A stretch of 64,000 nt of DNA, taken from assembly GCA_951406725.2 (NCBI GenBank), contig OX597818.1:23808001-23872000 (forward strand), written 5' to 3'. Below, in pieces: positions 42,401 to 53,369 of the stretch; position 1 is the first letter of the stretch; every line of letters starts with the position of its first letter. The notes beneath the pieces are model-generated. The model ran no database searches, was not told where the DNA came from, and worked only from the letters and a program-made list of their open reading frames with translations. The position numbers were made by a program, and so were the translations under genes. The stretch is from Octopus vulgaris (Eukaryota).

Positions 42401-45400
42401 AATGCCAATTTAGGAATTAGTGACCAGCTTAGAACTTGAAAGACAAAAGCCCGCCGTCTTCCTAATGCTGGAAGGTAAAGCTGGAGAAGCCGTTTCCATT
42501 TTAAATACTGATGATGGAATGAAACAACTCTACCAGAAATTATTTATGGTTTTTTTAGAGGATGTACTATGTTTATGGTGTTTACTGTGTAAGAGTCATT
42601 TGAATAACTAATTAAAGTTATGGTGGATGAGCTAATGTTATATCTGTATCAAAGCAACTAAAAAAAAGTTATGCATAGATATATATATAGAGAGAATTAA
42701 GAGACAGAACCTCCATAAAGTAATTCAACAAATAATGAAAGATATTATCTATAATAAAATATAAATTTAAATATATTATTAATATTGTATTAAAAATTAC
42801 TATACTAAATAAAACACATTAAAACGACGATGCGCATTTCGTGATGATATATTCAAATCGACAATATCAAAATCGATATTCTTAAAAATATTCAATGATA
42901 TATAGCCACTCTTCAGGTCCCAGTAACATAAAATAAATTTACAACATAAATGAAGACGTTATAATTTAGCTATACATTTATAAATAGTCGATAAGATTTA
43001 ACAGTATTAAAGAAAAGTAGAAGCATAACTTATTTTATTGATGAGTACCAGTTAACTCCGCAAATTAAACATGGCTACTGAAGTAATTATGTCCACTATA
43101 TGATTTCCAATGTAGGGGAGATAATTCTTATTAATGGATACCAGTACTAAAGAATATATCGTCTATTTAAGAGATTTCCAGTTTAAGGGAAATAATTTTA
43201 AAAAGGCTACTAATAGGAAAAAATATAATGAAATTTATTATGGTTGCTGATCACACAAACGTCTCTCTTAACTTTCAAATCATTGAAGTTTTGAAAATTG
43301 GAGTAGAAGGGGACATAAAGAAGCAAACTCTATAAGACATGATGGTAAGACTTTCAAGTGATATGTATTGGCCGTACCTTCCATAGTAAGGATTGTGTAT
43401 ATGCTAAATTCAAACACCTGATAGCATATTTTGGGACTTCAGGTTCTATTCTGACCAATGAGAACAGAGTTTGATAACCAATTGTTTTCAGAGATGGCAT
43501 AGAACTTAAATATTACGGTACATATCAAAAAGACCAGAGTCCATGGAACAGCGGATTCAATAAATAACATTATAGTGTATTGGAAAAACTGGTGAAGAAA
43601 GCAGCTGAAGATACAGGGTGTAGTTTTGAAGCGACTCTAGCATCAGTCGTAAGTGCCAAAAGTGCCAAAACTGACCTTCACAATGTTCATGGGTAAATCC
43701 AAAATCAACTTGTTTTCAGAAGAAATCCCAATCTGCCTTCTATTCTAAATAATAATCTTCCAACATTAGAAGCTACTTCAACTAGTGAAGTTATAGCAAG
43801 TAATTTGAATGCTGTACAAACTACTAGAAGGAGATTCATTTGAATGCTGTACATGCTACTAGAAGGAGATTCATATGAATGCTGTACATGCTACTAGAAG
43901 GAGATTCACAGAATGTGTTTAGAGAAATTGAGGTGAACTACATCACCAAGTTAGAACAAGTATGGTGCAGTCCCACAAAAATGGTGACATGGTTTTATAA
44001 TAGAAATTAGTGTAAAAGATGACTTGATCCAGGAACTCTCAAAGGCTTGGAGCATAAACAAGTGTTTGTTAAAAGTGGAGGTACATACTTTTCCTGGGCA
44101 CAAAGCCAAACTACATTTCAAGTCTAACACTGTTTCTTATTAATTGGGCTATAACTTTCTTTGTAACTTTGCTGACCTGATCCAGCAATTTGATACCTCT
44201 GTAATTAATTGTGAGGCATCTCCTTTACCCTTTAACAGCTGACTATAATGCTACTACAAAAGTCATTGGAAATCACACCTTCCTAAATTACCTTATCAAC
44301 TATACAGGCAACAAGGCTATAACCTACACTACCAGATATTTTAAGCATCACAGCAGTGATTCATGATGGACCAGGAGCTTTTCTTGTCTTTGTTTTCCCT
44401 TTCATACTATTGTCAACTGATAACTGGTCCCTCTTCTGGGTTAACAATGGGGAGACTGTCTTTCTCCTTTCTCCCATGCATTCTCCACACTTAATAACCT
44501 TTCATAGTAGTACATTCATGCCTCTTATTTTCAAGATCATTAAGTACAAGCATACTGCTATCCATCTATACAAACTTCTCTCCCACATCTCGATCTCTCT
44601 TACACAGTGTCTTGCAATCCAGAACATCTCTCACCTCTGATCCTCATGTTGTAAAACACAAACAAACCTCTTCCTTTCTGCTTCTCCCCTTGATAAATAG
44701 ACCTGTCATCTAGCTTCCCATCTAGCTATCAGATATCATTCTTTGTTGCCCACATTTTCTCACTCTTTCCAAGCATACCTCTTTGCTTTTATGGCCATAT
44801 CTACTTCACTGTTCCACCACCATATCACCTTCAGGAGCATTGTCGAGGATGAGGAGGGCCTTGAGAGAAAGATTGTTCTCCAGAAGGTACTTTTTCACTG
44901 CTGGTCTGAAGATAAGGCTGACTCACCCAGAAAAGAATTGCCTGGTGACACAGGCTTCAATATTTGCCCTCCACATGATCTGCGGCTTCTCCTTTAGGAT
45001 TTTGTGCGACTTGAATGCTCATGGGTTTTCAGAATAGTAGACAAGGAGTGGCTTAATCTTCACGTCTCCACTCACATTGATGCAAAGGACAAGAGTTAGC
45101 CTATCTTTCATAGGCTTGTGGCCTGTCATTTTCTCTTTTCATGTCAGAACTCGCTGCTTTTCCATACCTGACAATGCTATGAACACCAGTCCTCTTGAAA
45201 TTATCAAAAGTAACTGCAACTGGCTTTAAATATGTCTGCTGATGTCTCCTCCATTGATGTTCCAGGGTTCTGCTTCAGGAGATCCCCATAGAGCGCTCAT
45301 ACTTTCTTGCAAACAACAGTCTCCGTAATCATACCTCCTGCGAGTTGCTAGTCGTTGATTCACAGGAGTAGCAATTTTTCCATCCTTTCGTGGACAGATG

Positions 45401-48400
45401 TGCATTGCTTAGAGAGCCTGGACAGCAAGTGATGTACATTAGTATAAGCTATGCATATAATGGTATATCTATCTTTCTAGCTGGAATGTAATTATTATAT
45501 ATGCCAGAGAGAGTCTTGACCACCACACTGTGAATGATTCTTGACCGTGGCAACAAGGCAGACAACTATAGCATCCAGAACTGGCTTTTCTTCCAGAAAG
45601 CACAGAAGTGGGAGAAAAGCAAAATTAACTGAGGTGGATGTCAACAGAGAATTATAGATTTCAATAAAGTGGAAAAAATAAATGGAAGGGAAAAAGTTGG
45701 AAAACATTTTGGTATGAACACAAATAGTTGTTACATGTTAGCAAGGCATGCTAGAAATAGCAACCAAATCTTTCTTTTTCTGGAAAAAGGAGCTGTTAAT
45801 ATGTGATTTCGATGTCACATTCATTGAAAGCATGCAAAATAACCTGAAAAATAAAAAGTGACCAGCAAAACAAAACTCCCTTGGTGGGGACTTCAAGGTC
45901 CCATCTTTCTTTTCCAGAAAAAAGTGGCTTGCAGCATAAAAAAACATTTAAAAGCACATCATAGTAAATACAAAACACCTATAATACTGATTCTTGTGAA
46001 GAAATGATATAGTTAACTGAACTGATTCCAGTAAATTATCAGAAATATTATATTAATCCCAGAAAGATGAAAAGCAAAGATGACGTCTACATTTTAACAC
46101 AAAACCATACTAACATTTACACCAAATCAAACAACCAACAATATGAAAAATAGTGATCAGTAATTACCTCAAGAGGGGATTTATTTTCAAAGATATGTTT
46201 GGCATTCGCTTTGATTTCATCAACGGAAAGGCTGAATATAAAATAAAACATAAAACTTCAATGAAGTTAGCACACTTTAAAATAAAACATAAAACTTCAA
46301 AGAAGTTAGCACATCCTTAATTAAGTCAATAAGAAGAAATAAAATAATGATGATAAAAGAAACAGCTTTTAAGAAACAGACACAGGTGATTTTTTTTTTT
46401 AGACAATAAAAAAAAAACTGTTAAAGCTCAAACACTTATATCATGTTATAAACACCTACATATACAAGAAATATAAGTTTAATCATCTGAATAGTAAAAT
46501 AGAAATCATATGATGATTCCTGTATACTTAATGATTTCAACATATGCACATAAATCCATATGCTAGAACGAATATTGAAACAAGATATGCCAAACATTAT
46601 GTTAACTTGAACATTGTTTTATAAAGTAAATACCATATCATTAAAGGAGAGACAGAAGAAAAGTACTAAACAAGCAGCAGAAATCCACGATTTATAGTCT
46701 GTCACCAGTTGTGTGGCTTAGTGGTTAGGGTATTCAGTTCACAATCATAAGGTTACGAGTTCAATACCCAGTGACATTTTGTGTCCTGAGCAAAACACTT
46801 TATTTTTACATTGTTCCAGTTCACTCAACTGGCAAAAATGAATTGTACCTGTAATTCAAAGGCTTTGTCACATTCCATGTCACTGAATCTCCCTGAGAAC
46901 TATGTTAGGGGTATGTGTGTCTGTGGGGGGCTCAGCTATTTGCACATTAATTTCAGGAGCAAGCTATTCCAGTGGTCAGATCAACTGGAACACTTGTCAT
47001 TATAACTGACAGAGTGCTAGTTAACCAGTACTACATTATAACTATTTAACTCTCAAATGGTTCAGTTCACTTATCTGTATATAGGTAACAGAAGTACTAT
47101 AAAATAGATAAATATCTCAATTGCAAGACTGAATTCATTCCACCTATGAGTATAGCTTCAAACAGTGCAGACTCATCAAGCATACATATCATAGACATAA
47201 TACATTAAAATTAAATTTTCACAAATACCCTAACAAACCAATGAGTTATGTTATGGAACCATCATTATGGTCAGACAGAAAACTACATACACATAATCCT
47301 ATTTTAGCAAGGGTTCACACAGTTAGTTTACTTTTTATTTGCATGCAATCTACTATGGTTTGGTACCTTTCCTAATTCTTTATAATTTAGGTATGAGGCC
47401 AGCAATTTTTGAGGGGAGAGGGTTAGTTGATTACATCGGTCCTAGAACTCGACTAGTACTTTATTTCATTGACTCTGGAGGACTCAAAGGTGACTGTGAC
47501 CTCAGCAGATTTTGAATTCAAGATGTAAAGAAACAGAACAAATACCAGAAGGCATTTTTTCCAACACTAACAATTTTGCTAGTCCACCAAACTTTCTTAA
47601 TATTACTCAACCATGAAGAGGGTTATCTTTTTCAACTGAATTAACATAACCAAATATAATAATATACATTGATAACAATGTAATGATCTCACATGGAATT
47701 GTTATGTATGTATATATTTCAAGTCAGTTATCTAACACCACAATACTCCATATATGAGTTTATGTAACTGTGTACAAAAGTGCTGAACATTAATCAGAAT
47801 TTGGACAGAAAACTAGATTAAACATGTTTGACTGTTACATGAAAAATCAAACACTGTAAGACAGTGAAATTTCAGTAGGAGAGCTTGTACATAATGGTAA
47901 AGAAATTTCCATCAAAAACTCTCTGCAATCTCTAAAATTAGAACTACAAGTCCTAAGTCTGGCATAAATCAAAGAAAATAATCTCAACTCACACTGACAA
48001 GCCAGACATTTTTTGGCATACCCAGAGTAGTGAATATGTGGGTTGTTCCTAATCATTCAATTAGTTATATCCTGACTAAAGCTACTCAACAATAATAACT
48101 GGAAGGTTATTAACTACAATAATAGCCAACAAACCAAACTCTAAATGACCAGATTGTAATAAGCTAACTCCTTATCATTGGTCAACTCAGATAGGGTTGA
48201 TGAAATCAATAACTTTTATTGTACAAGGGTGGGCTGAAAAGTTCATAGGCTGACTATGGAGTGATGCTACAGCTGTGCAATCTTGCATGTATTAATTTCA
48301 ACTATCATTATTAACTGCATTGCTTCTTTCCAGCTAAACTGACATCTGACTGTTCAAAGAAAACTTCAAAACTAACTAGTAGTGACTTCTCTTGAAAATG

Positions 48401-50635
48401 AACAAAATTTGGCATCGTAGTTTTATCAAGTGCCTGCAGTAAAAAGGGCTTAGCTTCCAAAGACATTCATGCTGATATGCTTGGTACATTAAGAGATGAT
48501 ACTCCAGCTTTATCAACAGTGCAAAAGTGGACAGCTGAATTTAGGAGAGGAAAGGAGAGTCTTGAAATTGACCTACTTTCAACCTGCAACTACCACCACT
48601 GAGAAAAACATGGTGATGGATGACAGGTAACTGACTATAAATCAAATAGCCAATGATATTAGCATATCCCTTGAGGGAGTTGATAATATTCTGCACAATG
48701 AACTTGACATGATGAAGGTTTCTGCTCAATTGTACATCTGACACCTGATCAAAAGCACACCAGGCTGATCACATCACGGGAAATCTGACATTATTTGAGG
48801 CTGATCCAACTGGTTTCCTTAAATGTTGTCTAACCCAGGATGAGTTGGCTTCATCACTTTCACCCAGAGACGAAGAGACAATCCATGCAGTGGAAACATG
48901 CCTCCTCACCAGCTCCAAAGAATGCCAAGGTCATTCATCTGCAGAGAAGGTGATGACCTCAGTTTTTTTAGGATGCAAAAGGCATTGTGTTTATTGACTA
49001 TCTTCAAAAGGGTCACACCATCAATAGAAAGTACTATGCCAACTTGCCAAAGCAGTTACAAAAGGTTATCAAGACTAAAAGCCCAGGAAAACTGATGAAA
49101 GGGATCCTGTTTCATCAGGACTGGAGCATTCATCAGGACAATGCTCCAGCACACAAGTCCTTGCTTTCAATGGCTGTTATACGTGACTATATCTTTGAAC
49201 TGATTGATCCTCCTCCTTGTTCTCCTGAGTTGGCCACATCTAACTATCATGTTCCCCAACATGAAAAAATATTTGATAGGGAACTAGTACTGCAGTGATG
49301 ATGACGTCATATCTGCTGTTCATGACTTTTTTACCAACAGGATAAAAGCTTCTTCAGCAATGGGATCCAAGCACTGCAACACCAATGGAAGAAGTGTGTG
49401 GACAATGGGGGGGATTATGTTGAAAAATAAACCTCATTTGGTTATATTCCATGAGAGTATCTTGGTCAGCCTAAGAACTTTTCAGCTCACCCTCATATAG
49501 TGTATCTTGCAGTTTCAGCAGAGGAAGGTAAAATAAAAATTCAAAAATTTACTAAAAATAGAATAACAACTCATCAAAGTTTTACCATTGATATTGGCAG
49601 TGGCAAATAACAAAAACCACATCTGAATATGACCGATGTCAGTACCTCCTGACTGGCTCCCATGCCAATGGCATGTAAAAAGAACTATCCAAACTATGAT
49701 CAACACCAGGACCACCTATCTGACTGGCCCCTATGCTAGTGGCATGTAAAAAGCACCATCCAAAAGTGGTTGATGCCAGTAAACCTTGACTGGCTCTCGT
49801 AATAGTGGCATGTAAAAAGCAACATCTGAACATGGCTGATGCCAGTACCCCCTGACTGGCCCCCATGCCGGTGGCACATAAAAAGCACTATCCAAATGTG
49901 GTCGATGCCAGGCCCGCCTGACTGGCTCTTGTACCGGCGGCACATAAAAAGCACCCACTACAATCTCAGAGTGGTTGGCATTGAGGAGGGCATCAAGCTG
50001 TAGAAACATTGCCAGATCAGATTGGAGCCTGGTGCAGCTGCTGGCTCTCTAGACTTCAATCAAACTGTCCAACCCATGCCAGCATGGAAAACGGACATTA
50101 AACGATGATGATGATGATGATTGCTTCAAAGAATGCAATGGCAGAAATATATTTTTCTCAGTACCTTACAATCACAAATGGATCCAAACCTGTAGAAAAA
50201 GCATAGTATGAAACAAAGTACAGCAGTGTTGTCCTCCCAACTTTGCTTCTATGAGGTGTTTGATCAAATTGTTGTTTAACCCTTTCGTTACTGTATTTAT
50301 TTTGAAATGCTCTGTGTTTCTTTCAATTACTTTAAATATAACAAAGAATTTAGTAAAATAACTTAGTTATCATTAAGCTAGTATTAGGAACATAAATTGT
50401 GACAAAGGTTTAGTGGAAGATTTTAATTCAAAACTTATGAAAACAAGACATTTGTACTCAGAGCCAGAGCTGGTTTCAGCCAGGTTGGTAATGAAAGGGT
50501 TAATACAAAAAGACTTTCACTTAATACTTACCTTTTTAAAGCCTTGGACAAACATTTGCGATCATTTATGGTCCAAATTGAATGGTCAAAATTTTGCTGG
50601 ACATGTCGAATAACTCTTTTGGATTCAGGTTTCAT
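26790..50635 (-). CDS. SNAPC2: snRNA-activating protein complex subunit 2 (SNAP45)-like gene; 7 coding exons joined = 1233 nt, 410 aa
   Basis: Exons 50635-50532, 46231-46168, 35383-35335, 34109-34063, 30542-30410, 29151-28993 and 27466-26790 all have GT-AG boundaries and compatible phases (2,0,1,0,1,1). The protein has three segments resembling vertebrate SNAPC2 as I recall it: N-terminal MKPESKR...WTINDRKCL (cf. MKPPPRR...WSAREKRQL), central NYKDIYDYL...PLKPLESAVILELL (cf. DFEKIYKYL...ELSAAESAVVLDLL) and C-terminal INPFCIPPHLIG (cf. LNPFLVPLELLG). Confidence 0.85.
27579..27958. mobile_element. Tc1-like MITE
   Basis: TA|cactaccgtcagaaattaattagcac ... gtgctaattaatttctgacgcaagtg|TA. Confidence 0.8.
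28083..28577. mobile_element. Tigger-like MITE
   Basis: TA|cagtgatccctcg ... cgaggaatcactg|TA. Confidence 0.8.
28858..28922 (-). CDS. candidate alternative terminal exon of the SNAPC2-like gene ((D)LVEDLDTTDIIFSSSSQIST*)
   Basis: ttttaatttcag| acceptor 70 nt below the exon-6 donor; only the phase-1 frame is open; shares LDTTD with the start of the main terminal exon. Confidence 0.4.
28993..29151 (-). CDS. SNAPC2: SNAPC2-like coding exon 6 (ESAVILELLETMLCK...RALEN)
   Basis: cttttcctttag| ... G|gtgggt, 159 nt, phase 1 to 1; contains the ESAVILELL motif. Confidence 0.85.
29289..29648 (+). pseudogene. 18S rRNA fragment (530-loop region into GC-rich expanded V4) inserted in a SNAPC2 intron
   Basis: Contains the universal GGAGGGCAAGTCTGGTGCCAGCAGCCGCGGTAATTCCAGCTCC and AAAAGCTCGTAG; flanked on both sides by unrelated AT-rich repeat sequence. 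Confidence 0.93.
30410..30542 (-). CDS. SNAPC2: SNAPC2-like coding exon 5 (LMSLIGNNEV...NYKDIYDYLACVLMGLPAPPLKPL)
   Basis: tttttcttttag| ... TAG|gtatgt, 133 nt, phase 0 to 1. Confidence 0.85.
31425..32180. mobile_element. array of four CpG-depleted Nin-type SINEs separated by (ATT)n
   Basis: Units at ~31425-31590 (-), 31612-31748 (+), 31780-31966 (-) and 31986-32180 (-); similar copies at 26408-26595, 47390-47590 and 58007-58125. Confidence 0.8.
32270..32835 (+). mobile_element. R4/Dong-like LINE 3' remnant
   Basis: ENNNITIL...IQANRQDI...KLSNYKDLEI...MWHLKTTIVPVII.ALGTI. Confidence 0.75.
33235..33905 (+). mobile_element. RTE LINE 3' remnant
   Basis: YGAEA...LETFH...IKWQDKISN...RWVGHVVQM.NDRIPKILLY. 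Confidence 0.8.
34063..34109 (-). CDS. SNAPC2: SNAPC2-like coding exon 4 (IKNCNPEFKYIDCIN)
   Basis: ttctattttag| ... |gtaagt, 47 nt, phase 1 to 0; bridges the phases of the neighbouring exons. Confidence 0.75.
35335..35383 (-). CDS. SNAPC2: SNAPC2-like coding exon 3 (IDCFIKRLHHSRESYT)
   Basis: ctctctttag| ... |gtaagt, 49 nt, phase 0 to 1; continues the helical motif KSPLE-IDCFIKRL (cf. RSEAEIRVFLQQL). Confidence 0.8.
36040..37010 (+). mobile_element. Penelope-like remnant with inverted pseudo-LTR
   Basis: ORF 36800-37048 has IIWFNQVFNSHVKFKIGQEFFTALDRHFP (PLE RT-EN linker motif); inverted repeat ~36180-36370 / 36640-36770. Confidence 0.75.
36143..36203 (-). ncRNA. degenerate minimal hammerhead motif in the PLE pseudo-LTR
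   Basis: auaa-CUGAAGA-gaugccgg...ccgacauc-UAAAA-cucagag-UUU-uau; the GAAA box is mutated. Confidence 0.5.
37236..37618 (+). mobile_element. octopus tRNA-derived SINE (OR-like), young full-length copy
   Basis: A box tggctgtgtgg, B box ggttcagtccc, body gtgagtgaatttggtagacggaaac; older copies at ~3205-3390, 18880-19080 and 41586-41790. Confidence 0.8.
37745..37969 (-). mobile_element. monomeric Nin-type SINE
   Basis: Matches the first unit of the dimeric SINE. Confidence 0.85.
39060..39990 (-). mobile_element. heavily decayed LTR-retrotransposon pol fragment, partly duplicated at 40690-40870
   Basis: Protease-like GSSNSNLEITG segment; direct repeat 39810-39980 / 40690-40870. Confidence 0.35.
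40925..41247 (-). mobile_element. tRNA-derived SINE with V-domain-like core and (AAC)n tail
   Basis: tggcctagtg A box, ggttcgaatc B box, cctgcgatggaccggcgtcccgtc core. Confidence 0.7.
42340..44100 (+). mobile_element. Copia (GalEa-like) gag and integrase remnants, interrupted by a Penelope-like piece (~42600-43500)
   Basis: QKPAVFLMLEGKAGEAV...DDG (gag-like); ESPW...VSAK...HNVHG...NQLVFRRNPNLPSIL (integrase); 3x ~34-bp tandem repeat at 43806-43910. Confidence 0.6.
42826..42919 (-). ncRNA. minimal type I hammerhead ribozyme motif (Penelope-associated), intact core
   Basis: Minus strand: gac-CUGAAGA-guggcuauaua...uauaucaucac-GAAA-ugcgca-UC-guc; palindromic stem III. Confidence 0.7.
44860..45440 (-). 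mobile_element. Tigger/pogo transposase remnant
   Basis: GHKPMKDRLTLVLCINVSGDVKIKPLLVYYSENP and MEKLLLL motifs. Confidence 0.8.
46168..46231 (-). CDS. SNAPC2: SNAPC2-like coding exon 2 (LSVDEIKANAKHIFENKSPLE)
   Basis: ttttatattcag| ... GAG|gtaatt, 64 nt, phase 2 to 0, open frame, tgctaac branch-point motif upstream. Confidence 0.8.
48224..49495 (+). mobile_element. full-length degenerate mariner (irritans-like)
   Basis: TA|caagggtgggctgaaaagttc ... gaacttttcagctcaccctca|TA; HQDNAPAH and PPCSPELATSNYH motifs. Confidence 0.9.
49610..50121 (+). mobile_element. RTE-tailed repeat with ~60-bp tandem subunits and (GAT)n tail; related copy at 24625-24999
   Basis: Repeated tgactggc...gtggcacataaaaagcac units ending in gtccaacccatgccagcatggaaaacggacattaaacgatgatg. 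Confidence 0.7.
50280..50499. mobile_element. piggyBac-type MITE
   Basis: ttaa|ccctttcgttac ... gtaatgaaaggg|ttaa; related partial copy near 28602-28735. Confidence 0.8.
50532..50635 (-). CDS. SNAPC2: SNAPC2-like coding exon 1 (MKPESKRVIRHVQQNFDHSIWTINDRKCLSKALK)
   Basis: Acceptor tttcag just upstream (exon begins 50648, implying a further 5'UTR exon), ATG at 50635, donor AG|gtaagt; ends in phase 2. Confidence 0.85.
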
Positions 50636-51469
50636 CTTAGAAATTAAACTGAAATATCGAAATCATATAAATATTCAATTAAGAAATTTTACAAATGTCC
50701 AACTAAGCTACTGTGATATTTAAAATGAAATGTGAAAATTATCAACAGTTAAAGAAGAATAGAATGGTTAAAATGATCACAATGCAGAAGGAGGAAATAT
50801 AGCTTCCCTCAGTTTCCTTTGTACAACAATACTTCAAATAAGTAAAAATCTCTTTTTTTTTCAGTACTTATGCAATTTATTTCATTACATTTTCCATGGA
50901 CTTTAATCTATTTATTATAAAATGTTTAAAGTACTCCTCCCACAATCAATGAAATACATATCCATTTTATTAAATTCATTTTTTTGTGTTATTTAAAAGG
51001 ATTGAAACTTATTAATATCAATCCAAGTGTAATATACAACTTGTTAGGATTGTCTTCAGTCTGAAAGATAGACAGAATATTAATACGAAGTTTGAAATAT
51101 TAATATATTACAGGAATACAAAAATAGAAATTCTTTAAAATACCAACTTTAAGAATGAAGGAACTCATAAAATTTGATGTGTGACATGAAAAAGCAGAAT
51201 GTTGGCTGTGGTAAACAGAAATGGAACAAGCAACACAATGTTTGTGAGTGTGTGTGTGTGTGTGTGCACATCTCGACCTGTTACCATTTTTTTAAACATA
51301 AAGATACCCTTAGCCTTCTCAAGAAGGCTAAGGGTATCTTGGTATCATTCATACCAGCTATCTATTTAAAACTGTATATGGCTATAGTACATACACAGAG
51401 TTTGCATCACCAGTTTGGAACCCCTATTTTGCTCAGCATATCTATCTCATGAAAACTGTTTAGAAACAT

Positions 51470-52108
51470 GCAACCAGACAAATACCTACCATCAAGCATC
51501 TACCATACTCTAAACATCTTAATTCCCTGGGCATGAACACATTAAAGCTCCAACATCTGGCTTAGTAGACATCCACAAGATTATCCACCATCTTTCCAAC
51601 AACAACCTTGGGCACCTTTTTGAATTTCATATATCTAACACTCATGGACATGCTTACAAAATCATAAAAAGTAGCAATAAGTGCATGAAGAATACATAGA
51701 AAAATGCACAAGTGAACAGAGAATGAGTTGTTAAAAAAAAAAGTAGGGAGTGAGGAACATCAGGTGTACTATTGGCGAATTTCAGGAAGTATGCAAGTTT
51801 TGAAAGATATAGTGTTCCAAAGCAAACAATTAATGATAGTACTTTATTGCATGCCTCAGCAATTCTGAGTATGAGATAATGTTTCCAAAAGTCAAGGGTG
51901 GTGGTGCTGCCTTTTGATTTTGCAAGCATGTCCACGAGAGTTAGACATATGGAATTAAAAAACATGCCCAAAATTGTTGTCGAAAAGATGGTGGAGAATC
52001 TTGTAGATGTCTACCAAGCCAGATGTTGGAGCTTTAATGTATCCATACCCAGAGAAGTAAGATGTTCAGAGTATGGTAGATGCCTGATGGCAGGTATGCT
52101 GGTCAACA
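51470..52108. repeat. ~200-bp inverted repeat of probable Penelope-like GIY-YIG origin
   Basis: 51470-51668 is the reverse complement of 51910-52108 with scattered transitions; translation resembles the PLE endonuclease C-terminus. Confidence 0.7.
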
Positions 52109-52549
52109 TGTGCAACAGCAGATCTATTACTCTCTCTACTTGCCTAAACTCTCTTACTCCCTCTGTCTCTCTCGAAGTCACTCACAGATGAAACTAACTA
52201 CCAAACACAATGTATCATGGAACTAAAGACAATTTGTTTACTGCAACAACAAACAGACTGTGTACACAAACAACTCAAATAAGTTGTATCTTCTATATTG
52301 TAATGACCATCATTATAATCATATAAATATAATGGCCATCTTTACAATCAATTAATATTGTTCTTCACTCATTTCTATGATGCATATTATTGTTACAACA
52401 CCATCGTTACATATATATTGTGAGTGTGTGACCAAATAAAGACAGGAGAAAGAAAAGCAAGAGTTTGGCACGACAGACATTTCTGAACCTCACACTAATA
52501 CTCCTATGCAACTACAACTCGTTTAAAACTTTCAATCTCTCTTTTCTTG

Positions 52550-53352
52550 GTTCATGTTTTACCCCAAGGAATCCTTGGACTGGGATTTTTAAAAATTTTC
52601 TTATGCTTACACAAGCTCTTCTTCATACTTTGAAGCCTTAACGGTTGCAGAAGTTGCAGGTGTATGTACTGCATGGGCAGCAGTATTGTAGGTAGCCTGC
52701 TTGGACAGTCTGTAGGACCTCTGGTCTTGAGATTCGTTATTCCGATATCTTCTGGCTTTAGCAGCAGTGCTGGACAGTCTACCAATGAAAACTCTCTTTT
52801 TCCGACGTGGCATTGCAGGGTTATCTGCAAAGTGAAGGTAGAGGGGGGACGGGCTAATTTGAATGTCTGTGGTACTATTGTTTGCTGAGTGGATTCAGAA
52901 AATTGTCATAATGGCCTTAGGAAAGGTTAAGATATTTGAGCCTTGGGCAATCTAGCTAAACATTGTCTGAAGGCATTTAAAAAATAATTAAAAGTTGATT
53001 TAAATTCCATGGCTATCTCCAGGAAGTGCTAATGTGCAAATATCAGCAGTTTGCAGTGAATGGACATTGTAAAAACTGTTGTAAGAGACGAAGTGAAAAT
53101 AGCATAACTACGTCATCAAGAGTAATGTCCCCTGAAGCAACGATCGTTGGTATTTATTTACCTATGAGAAAGTGTTTTTGTCCCCTAGAGGGCAACATTA
53201 CTCATTGTGGAAAATTTGAAGAGTCTATGATCATCTCTGGAACATAAGTGATATATGTTCCCAGTGTGAACGAAATCGGATGAAAAATATTGATTTTATG
53301 GAGAATCAAGAAAAAGGCCTTTATACACACACACCTTCCGTTTTATGATAGG
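52550..53352 (-). mobile_element. Helitron 5' fragment with RepHel N-terminal ORF remnant
   Basis: ORF 52607-52813 MPRRKKRVFIGRLSSTAAKARRYRNNESQDQRSYRL resembles Helitron N-termini; 5' end ctatcataaaacggaaggtgtgtg. Confidence 0.55.
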
Positions 53353-53369
53353 TAGATAGATAGACAGAC

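Noticed and set aside
49610-49960. Regularly spaced repeats superficially like a CRISPR array
   Set aside because: Eukaryotic context, no cas genes, and the 'spacers' are homologous to each other; they are tandem subunits of a retro-repeat.
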